From Haliotis rubra (taxonomy: Eukaryota): 64,000 bases of DNA. Positions 49,352 to 58,942 of this stretch are shown here, one piece after another; position 1 is the first letter of the stretch, and the number at the start of each line of letters is the position of its first letter. Under the pieces are notes generated by a model. The model made no database searches, was not told the DNA's origin, and saw only the letters and a program-made list of their open reading frames with translations. The DNA lies in contig NW_025764978.1 in assembly GCF_003918875.1 (NCBI RefSeq), positions 62,001-126,000 of the forward strand, in the 5' to 3' direction. The position numbers and the translations under genes were made by a program.

Positions 49352-52300
49352 CTGTAAACAAGTTGTTAAAATATTAACTCGTATTCGTTGCTGACACGCA
49401 AGCAAATATTCAATTGATGAACATAATTCAATTCAATGCCAAAACTGTATTACATCCTGATTTTATAGCTCCTAATTTGATAATAACAGTGTAAACAAAA
49501 GTAATTGTATCCTAAAATTAATCCGAATTTTATGTTATATATAAAAAGTGAATTTTAACTAAATGAGTGAGTGAGTTGGCTTTTACGCCGCTTTTAGCAA
49601 TATTCGAGCAATATCACGACGGGTTTTAACTGAATGAAATACTTGACTCTTCTTTCTTGTGGGTCCCTACATTTTAACCTTAATGAAAGAATATTGGTAT
49701 CTATGGTTACCTTCTACATCTGACCAGGAGGATCACGAGAACCAGCACAACCAATCCCAGAAAGACACATACAGACACGAGCGCCCAGACAACAAGGTTC
49801 CAATCTGCAGTACAACATGACAGGTAGACATATTAACAGCCACACAAAATGTGTCACGGTGTGGTCCTGTGCATGGCAGGTAGACATATTAACAACCACA
49901 AAACCATGTGGTGGTGTGGTCCTGTGCATGGCAGGTAGACATATAACCAGCCACAAAACCATGTGGTAGTGTGGTCCTGTGCATGGCAGGTAGACATATT
50001 AACAACCACAAAACCATGTGGTGGTGTGGTCCTGTACATGGCAGGTAGACATATTAACAACCACGAAACCATGTGGTGGTGTGGTCCTGTACATGGCAGG
50101 TAGACATATTAACAACCACAAAACCATGAGGTGGTGTGGTCCTGTGCATGACAGGGAGACATATTAACAACCACAAAACCATGAGGTGGTGTGGTCCTGT
50201 GCATGACAGGTAGACATATTAACAACCACAAAACCATGTGGTGGTGTGGTCCTGTGCATGACAGGTAGACATATTAACAACCACAAAACCATGAGGTGGT
50301 GTGGTCCTGTGCATGACAGGTAGACATATTAACAACCACAAAACCATGAGGTGGTGTGGTCCTGTGCATGACAGGTAGACATATTAACAACCACAAAACC
50401 ATGAGGTGGTGTGGTCCTGTGCCTGACAGGTAGACATATTAACAACCACGAAACCATGAGATGGTGTGGTCCTGTGCATACAGCCCAGGTCACAAATCAG
50501 TTGAAGTTAAACAACGTTGGTCACATAGAGTCAGTGTTGACGGTGTTCGGCAGCTTGACTCCTGAGAGTTTCTATGACTTCCGTCCTGACACACAACGAA
50601 GCATTCGTGACACACGTGGTCTGACACACGCGAATGGGTACCCGGCGGGATAAGTCAGATAACTGTCAAGTTTCTAGCTCCTCACAGGCAGCGTGAATAA
50701 AGGCGCTTTATGAATAGCCATCATTGTCTTTATTATTATTCCAAGACAACACCGATGCCAACTTCACCACAGTGGTGGACATCACTGACCAGGGTACTGT
50801 TCAAAGCAGTATAGTCTGTTTGCAGTGAAAAACGTATCAATGAATTTTACTTTAAACAAAAAAGTAAAATCAGATAAAGTGAAATTACGATTGCGAATCC
50901 TCATAATTTTACCTTTCCAATTGAACATGTAAATCTCAGAATGTTATTCAACTTAGGATAAAAGTTGTTTGACAAACGATCATACTTACAAATCGCTATT
51001 ATTGGTTTGTATTACAAGGGGGTATGGACATTAAATGAAACACCGAGAACAAGTAGGGTTGGTTTAAGTTAACGCTCATAACGTACCGCACGTGCATTTG
51101 TTTCACTGTTCCAACTAATTCGCTTACCCCTTTGTAATACAAACCAATAATAGCGATTTGAAACCAAAGTTTTATCCTAAGTTGAATAAGATTCTGCTAC
51201 GCGCCTGCCAGGTACATAGAACCCAGCAACGCTGATGGAGCCGTGTAATAAAAAACCCTTCGTGATAACTAGCTTCATTGTTTATACCTTCATGATATAA
51301 TTCTTGAACCACGTTTCCGGCTTGACACGTGCCGTTAGCGGGATGACAGGGGGCGCCGCCAACACATTGGTCACACAGATTCCCGCAGCGCTCACCGTAG
51401 GTACCATTTGGACATGCTTTCAAAAAATACGCCATGTGTAAAGATCTCTCTGACGAATTCATTAGCCATCGTTCAAATCTGATAATCAAAACACTAAATT
51501 CATATTCATATCGTCTAGGTACTAAAAGCGATAGAGCCATATCAGATCTAGTGGACAGGTGAGCACCCGGAAGGTACAAAAACTTAAATACCTCCACCTA
51601 CATTCAGACCATTTAAGACAACATCAGGTGCACCCAACTTAAACCTAACGCTGATGGCCCGACCATTCATTGCGGTAAAGCATGGTGATGTCTCAGTCAT
51701 CTAAATACGCTAACCACCTTGGCCTGAATTATTTATCAGGTAATTTGAACGTCAGACTAGGATGTTATCTTTGTTCAAGATAAGAAAGCAACTCAACAAA
51801 AACTATAGTCGTAAATCTTTAGCTGAACATAGAACACCGTCGCAACTCTGTAGTTGAAAGGACATCACTGTCGTGATTCTGTAGCTTGATATTGTTCACT
51901 GTGTTCAGTCTATAGTTTAGTACAGATCAGTGTCGTAACTCTATAGTGTAACTCAGACTACAGTCGTGACGTACTTGTTTCGGATAGACTTCTGTCGTGT
52001 CTCTTTAGTGTAGCAGATAATGCTGTCGTAATTCTGTACTTTAACAAAGACTACTGTCGTAACTCTATAGTTTAACACAAACTGTGATTTGAGTACCGTA
52101 CACATTATACATTGCAACCAACACCCATGTTCAAGTGGACGCTAACTCAAACAGCTCGAGCGAATGCTAATAACACAGCTTTCTCACAGTGCCTTTGCTC
52201 GAGAGCTTCTGAACAATTTGTTGGAATTAAGTTTATTATAATCAGTACTATTATTTATTATAACTCCTTCATACACACCAGTAGTGCACGTGTCGCCAAT

Positions 52301-55300
52301 CCAGCCAGTGTCACACCCATCTGCACAATGGCCATCGATGTTGTCACAAGCACTTCCATTGAAGCATTTACCACATTCCTGGGTACACAGCCGACCATAC
52401 CATCCAGAGGGACACCCTGTTGAACGATACACAGATACAGCACGTTCACACTGTGTGATAGAGATACACTGCCGACCATACCACCCAGAGGGACAACCTG
52501 TTGAACGATACACACATACAGCACGTTAACACTGTGTGACAGAGATACACAGCCGACCATACCACCCAGAGGGACAACCTGTTGAATGATACACAGATAC
52601 AGCACGTTAACACTGTGTGACAGAGATACACAGCCGACCATATCACCCAGAGGGACAGCCTGTTGAACGATACACAGATACAGCACGTTAACACTGTGTG
52701 ACAGAGATACACGTCTTGATCTACAGTAAATCCACAATCAATGTTTCAATTGTCAACGTATGCCCATAGCTGATCAAAAGATATGTACTAATGTCTTAAT
52801 AATGTACTAATGTACAATATACGCTTAACTTGAGTCTACCTAATATATCATTACTTTATGTCCTGAAGACGGTAGCACGTATGCCCCCAAGAATGGATGT
52901 GTTAAAGTACACATGGGAGCGTGGCCCACAGCCTCCAGGAAGTACATCCACTGTCCCCCTGAAAGGAAATTCATTAGTCAGTTCATGGCAATATTTTGTC
53001 TTGTAGACGAAAGGTAAGTTTCAACATCGTTCTGAACGTGTACATATTTATAATGCAACTGGTATTCCGTAAATGAATGATAATTTAATTTTTCTTCAGT
53101 GACGCAAAACAGCTGATTTATTGTTAAGTGGCAGTAAATAGTGTTCATGTTTATTGTTGTGACTGTAAAATTATATACCGTAATAGTTTAACGGCAAGCG
53201 CGCTCACTGACACCCACAAACATGCATACGCATTTCAATACTGTGTCTGAATACAACGTAATGGATATTACATATGAGGCTCCATGTAACATTTACCTGT
53301 CTCCAAAAGGCCCAGCATACAGAACACCTTCGAACTCATGAACAGACAGATATGAAGTGTCGTTACGGTACACAGTGGTAACGTTCGTCTCCAAGTCCAG
53401 GGATCCCAAAGTGCTCACTGAAGTGTCGGCGTAGTACAGTCTGTGACCTGCGACAGAAGACGCTGTGTTCGTATCTGAGACAGCTGCCATACTTGACTTG
53501 ATAGATGGCAATAAACCTAAATCACTTGTCCATTATTATTCCAGCTAAATAAGGACCAGCAAGTCTTTCGTCAGAGTAACGACATCTTTGGAAGCCTGGG
53601 AGGCGTTTTGTATACTTGCCACATAAAGAAACTGTGCACACAGAAAATATAAAGATAGACAGACAGTGTCTTTATACATAAATAAAGGTGTGAACATAGC
53701 AAGTATTGGAGACAATCAAACGCGCATGCAGGTGCCAGGCGACGTGACGTCATTAATGGTGGCCTATGGACTTGCAATGTGTTACTGCACATGCAGCCTG
53801 TGCAGCTGCACACAACATGTGAAACTCAGACATTGCTGTCACTGTCGAAAGCTTGATCTTTGGTCATTCAAACGTTCACAAATTCACATGAGAATTCATA
53901 TGCACATCATGCCAAAATTAACATGTGCTCAACGTCACGAAACCATTGGAATGGTTCGAGCAGGCATGAGCCAACAACAGGTGGCAGCACATTTCAAATG
54001 TCATCGTAACACGATATCTGCATTGGTCAGTTGTTATGGAAACAGTAATGATGTCATCGACCACCCACGTTTTGGGCGTCCCCGAGTAACGACGCCAAGA
54101 CAGGACGGATGGATTCAGGTGAATAATCTCAGACACAGGTTCCAGACGGCAGTGACCACTTCCCAAACCATTCCCCAGGCCTTCAATGCTCATTTGGTAG
54201 TCTATATGCGTCGTCAATGCACTGCTGTGCTTCACGCGCATGGTGGCCATACCCGTTATTGACTTTGTCACTTCGTCGTGTGACCCCCTACTCAATTTTG
54301 AACTTCTGACGTCATCTTTACGGATATTGTTCATGTTCTTCATGAACTTCAGCTTATAAAGTGTCTACATCATTTCGTCTTTTCTGTGTTGTATTCCAAT
54401 TCTGAAGGAATTTTCTGTGTGCACAGTTTCTCTATGTTTCTGGGTCTTGCTCTGAGGATTGGACCTTTTAAAAAAAAACTTATGGTAGTAATGAATAGAT
54501 CGAGTCCAAAACACGGTTATCTGCCGCTACCCATTCTCTGCTTTGTGAATCCATCTGTTTATTATTTTAGATAATATCTTTAAAAGGACAAAAAGAACCC
54601 AACAAAACATCGAAAAGGTTACCAGCTCGAGTTATTATTATTTTCTATTTTGGTAAAAAACAAGAGTGACAAATCAGCTTCATTGACGGAGTGATTTCCT
54701 AGAGATATTTAAGATCTATTCAAAAAAAATGTGACTCTCTAATTGTCTTTTATATTCACATCCGCAGATGTTGAAAGACAAGGATTCTGGGCAAGGTTGA
54801 ATATGTAACCGTCTAAACAGCAAAACGTGTGAACTTAATTACCTTCCTTACCTTCAAACATCATACCAAAATGATGGCCATTCTTTTTGTTTAGTAGGGT
54901 GACATAGTTACTCCCGTCGTAGTTCATCATTGTGATTTTTGTGACAAATGCTAGAAACAACTTCCTGCAATGTAAAACAGTATTTCAACAGTTTGCTTTT
55001 CGCCGGTTGTCAAATCATTGTTGGCATACTTACTTTACATGGCTTTATCTTGAATCTGTTATTTAAATTTTAGTTGACTGTAATTCTTACTTGTTCCGAG
55101 TGTCGATCGCGATTCCCCATACAGGTGAATTTTCAATCGGAACCTTTGTCAGGATCTTTGTGTCCATGTTTATCTTCCACAAGGAGCTATTATCATCATC
55201 TTTCAGGTCGAACACAAAGACTGCCCTTAGTTCGGGATCAAGGGCCATTCCATATAAACCTAAAAAGTTGAACCAAAATAGTACTTCTTTAAATACAATC

Positions 55301-56981
55301 ACAAAAACGATACACACATCTGCTGATCTGAAGGGTGATCTCTATCAACATCACAGTGTTTACCTCAGTAATTTAAGATGGCTTCTTTGGTGGGTACGTG
55401 TTGGTGAGTTTATTTGTTTTAAGTTCGTAATTATCAATTTACATCCTTACTTCTGGAGACGTTCACCCACGTTTCGTAGTCTTCTCCTGAAGACTTGACC
55501 CTACAAACAGATTTGAGAACAAAGTCGGACCAGTAGACGTAGTCGTAGACCGGGTCGTATACAGGACATCTGGGGTTGGGGGTGTGGATCGGGAGAACAC
55601 TGCAGCTGGACCTGCCATCCAGGGTGCATCGATACACGCTCCCGTTGACATCTACACCTGCACCGCTGTCTGTGATAAACATTATCTTTTCTGTCGCTGA
55701 AAATGAAGAAATATCTATTATAATTCTTAAATCGACGCCCTTTGGGGCAATTAGTTATTTCGCCGTAATCAGCGACATGGATATTAACTTCAGATATAAG
55801 TACAAGGCTAAGTTCGTATATCTTGGCTGGCTGTTTAGGTCCCTATCATCACATTTCGTCAAAAACTACATGCGAGTTGAACACTATCTCTATCTGCATA
55901 GGCGGAGCCAGTTATCTTCAAAGGGGGTTGGGGGTGGTAGGGGGTTGGAGGGGTGTGTGTGTGTGTGTGTGGGTGCGTGTGCCAAAACCAGTTTTAAACA
56001 GCAATGTTTTTATATTCGTTACCCTAATTCTTATTTCAATCATCATTTTTTTTTGCATGGACCTAATATCAGGATGTACCTTCATTTACATTATCTCCAG
56101 GGAAAAGGTTCCTATAGAACCAGCCTATACTGTACCTGTAGTATATACATTCACTGTGTAAATAATACCACGGAGATAATTCTGGTGTGGCTGTCTCTAT
56201 CACAGCAAATATATTGATATGCATACATATATATTCAGAGTGACAATAATAGGACTGTACAGTGTATTTGTTAACAAACAGTCACACCTGATTAACATAA
56301 GGAAGTTTGGATTAAATAGGTGAGTCATAATATTTCCATATCATAGATTCGCAGTGTAGGCTATGATAGGTGGGTTATGTGGCATTGTGATGTAGGTTTC
56401 GACTGGGTTCATGTTAGGCTTTATGAAGAAAGTTCAGTAATGTATGGGAAATACGACTTGTTTGTCTGGAGCTACGTCTTTGCGATTGAATATTTACAAC
56501 AATTACATAGAGGTCCTTATTATATAACACTCCCTTGCTTTAACCTGAATTGTGTCATATTGTTACATTCCAAATTATGTGTTGTCTCCAACAAATATAT
56601 GCCAGGAACCGATGGAAGGATGGACAGATCGGATGGCATAAATGCTGCGCCATGCTGGATGCAGGTGAACTAGACAAATTGGTCCTAAATATACCGTGAC
56701 AGTGATTCCCGACACACAGAGCAATGTCGCATCTGTATCACTACCTCCTAGAAACGTGGGATGTGGGCAAAGCAGGTCAAGACGCGTCACATATTCACCT
56801 GACGAGCTTTGGGTACCGAGGAACCATGGTGCATGGAGTATCTACAAAGGTTCTACTGCTACTTACAACATAGCCCAGAGACATAAAAGTACTGAAGTAC
56901 CAACTTACCATTATTAGATTCAGCGGCAGCGATCAGGAGTGCAAGGGCACACAAGACGAAGACAAGTGTAGTGTCCGCCAT
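49171..56981 (-). CDS. Type-I membrane receptor: signal peptide, YWTD-like beta-propeller, 2 MEGF-type EGF repeats, TM, NPxY/ITAM-like tail (11 exons; one internal TAA)
   Basis: Exons 56981-56909, 55696-55451, 55259-55091, 54964-54852, 53447-53297, 52958-52855, 52416-52279, 51416-51288, 50815-50768, 49804-49711 and 49351-49171; all GT-AG with matching phases; 1446 nt = 482 codons; codon 285 is TAA. Confidence 0.85.
49711..49804 (-). CDS. Transmembrane exon DWNLVVWALVSVCVFLGLVVLVLVILLVRCRR
   Basis: ctgcag/ acceptor and /gtaacc donor; ~25 hydrophobic residues then basic stop-transfer. Confidence 0.9.
49814..50480. repeat. 55-bp minisatellite, ~12 copies, intronic and abutting the TM-exon acceptor
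   Basis: gtggtcctgt recurs every 55 nt from 49861 to 50466. Confidence 0.96.
51288..52416 (-). CDS. Exons 7-8, MEGF10/SCARF-type EGF repeats (second lacks its last two Cys)
   Basis: CPSGWYGRLCTQECGKCFNGSACDNIDGHCADGCDTGWIGDTC; CPNGTYGERCGNLCDQCVGGAPCHPANGTCQAG. Confidence 0.88.
52386..52712. repeat. 81-bp tandem repeat x4 containing a 3' splice site and the EGF exon start
   Basis: ccgacca at 52391, 52472, 52553 and 52634. Confidence 0.95.
52855..55696 (-). CDS. Exons 2-6, LDLR-class-B/YWTD-like beta-propeller
   Basis: MFITD, YDPVYDYVYWSD, GMALDPELRAVFVFD, GIAIDTRNKKLFLA, MNYDGSN, RLYYAD. Confidence 0.85.
53611..54445 (+). mobile_element. Internally deleted Tc1 element with TIRs, intronic
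   Basis: TIR core agaaactgtgcacacagaaaat at ~53627 and inverted at ~54410-54431; MPKLTCAQRHETIGM..GRPRVTT fused in frame to GGHTRY*. Confidence 0.9.
56909..56981 (-). CDS. Exon 1, signal peptide MADTTLVFVLCALALLIAAAESNN
   Basis: atcATGg Kozak-like context, hydrophobic core, /gtaagt donor. Confidence 0.85.
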
Positions 56982-56987
56982 GATGTC

Positions 56988-57063
56988 ACACCAGTATATC
57001 TACCCACACCAGTATATCTACCCACACCAGTATATCTACCCACACCAGTATATCTACACACCC
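56988..57063. repeat. 18-bp tandem repeat x4 immediately upstream of the receptor ATG
   Basis: cacaccagtatatctacc repeated. Confidence 0.92.
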
Positions 57064-57469
57064 CAGCCGGGAACACGGGTATTTCAACTCTGCTCAACTA
57101 TTTGTGTACGAGGAAGTATATTACGCTTCAGCACAACTTGCTTTAGGTGACAGGGTGACAAAACCTGTCGGGTTGCCAGTAAGGCTATTAATGCATGTCA
57201 TGCCTGTCACATCAGTAATGTATGCATGTGTCATTGTGAGGTTTGAACAGTATGCGATATAAGTCATATCAACTTGCACTGATGTGTGCAGTGTGTTGAG
57301 GAGAAAGGCAACCATGCCGACGTCTTCGCTTGGATGACGTCTGGCTGGTCTAGTAAGTGAAACAGAAGATTTTCTGGTTGCTGGTAAGGACCAGTCACTT
57401 TCTTCTCAATATGTGATTTATAATGTAAATATGAAATGTAGATGATGTAAAGATTTCCACGAGTCTGTC

Positions 57470-58225
57470 CAACAGTCAGAGGATTCCTAGCGTTGGCACG
57501 AAGACAAGTAGTTTAAGTGAGGTAATTGCATGCAACCGTCGTTTTATTACCGTCTTTGCAATGCTTGTGGTTCAACCATAATACGACCCAGAATATGTGG
57601 AGGGCCTCAAGGAAAATGACAACTGTAAAATTCTTTGGAATAAGCCCTTATACAGCCTCAGACGTATCCAAGCCAACAAAAGTGGCCTTGTCCTTTTTTA
57701 TTAAACTAGTGAAATTCTGTATATGATTGAGTTTTCTGTCCCTTTTGAGACAAATGTGATTGACAAGATTCAGGAGAAGCATGTCAAATATGCGGACCTC
57801 GCTTACAATAAGTCACGTGCATCCGAAGAATTAAGTTGTTCGACTCACCATTGTTTTTGGTGCCCAGTACCTCTCAATATGCTGACTGACATTGGCTGAG
57901 AACCCGTGTTTACTGCCAGGACCACAGCCCTTCTGACACTCTGCAGGAATCTACACATTCTCCGGAAAGTTCTTGCTGGGTTCGAGAAGGCAGCGGTTCC
58001 TGGGAGATATATTTCACTGTCGGGGCTGCATGTAAAAGGGGCAAGAGCTCTGAGCTGAGTACGAACCTTACCTGTCTGCAGTGCCTCATTTTGTCCTTTT
58101 TGATAAGGCCACTGAATTTATTTTTTGTCATTTTCTGTCCCTTTTGTCAGCAATGTGATGACCAAGATTCATGAAAAGCATGATAAATATGCGCACCTCG
58201 CTTTTGAAATGTCTCGCTTGAATTC
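57470..58225 (+). mobile_element. R4/Dong-like retrotransposon RLE endonuclease remnant with partial local duplication
   Basis: KENDNCKILWNKPLYSLRRIQANK..MIEFSVPFETNVIDKIQEKHVKYADLA; second FSVPF..KHDKYAHLAFEMSRL copy at ~58085-58225. Confidence 0.7.
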
Positions 58226-58942
58226 TAGTCGTCAGGCTGCTGAAAAACATAACAATTATCTGTAAAACATGAAATTTAGCATATTTTGGATTTTAACACG
58301 AAATAGGGTTACCGAAACACAATCGTGGAAAGGCAATAGCTACATGTGCAGCTGGAAATCTTGCAATAATGTTAGTACTGTTTCATGGACGAAACTCAGG
58401 ACAGGGATGGAATACTGTTGCTTAGATACAAGTATTGCATGAGGAGGAGACAGGAATGCAAAATAGGTGTTCAAAATGGTGCCGGCATAGGTTAGACGAG
58501 TCTGTATGTGATAACGTCCAAGTATGCGATATTGATGCCTGTCTCACAGCCCTGGATCATGAAGTTTCCCAAGGATGAGCAACTGTGACATAGATATTTT
58601 TCTCAAAGTTTACAAACAGTTCTTGCAGTTTCTAATTACACAAAGAAGTAGAATCGATGTATTGCCCCTGTGTTTAGAAATTATTTTTATCCAAATTATG
58701 TCTTTTCAGTCTAGTCAGCAACAGAACAACTTTACACATGCGCTTTGTAAATGGTCCCGTCATAGGTCTGGTGACAATTCTATGCTTACAATCGCGTATA
58801 CTTTCAAGTCTCAAATATGGTTAGTACCAATATTTCATAGCGTATTTTTTACTACTAACGACTAACAATGTGTGTAAATCGTTTATGTGTGTGTTTCGTT
58901 AAACATTGATTTGAGGCACAGTAAAGGACGTTATCCTACATG

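Noticed and set aside
49814-50480. Regular arrays (also 44576-44810 and 42288-42783) as CRISPR
   Set aside because: Contiguous units without unique spacers, no cas genes, eukaryotic intronic context
50720-50767. GIGVVL(G)III as a frameshifted TM segment
   Set aside because: It lies past a phase-1 donor at 50766-50767, and a clean TM exon exists at 49711-49804
55576-56217. 213-aa + strand ORF and other antisense ORFs over exons
   Set aside because: Shadow of the minus-strand exon running into intron and (GT)n sequence; no protein-like features
49171-56981. Naming the receptor LRP, MEGF10 or draper
   Set aside because: No LDLa repeats, no EMI domain and only two EGF repeats; orthology unsupported
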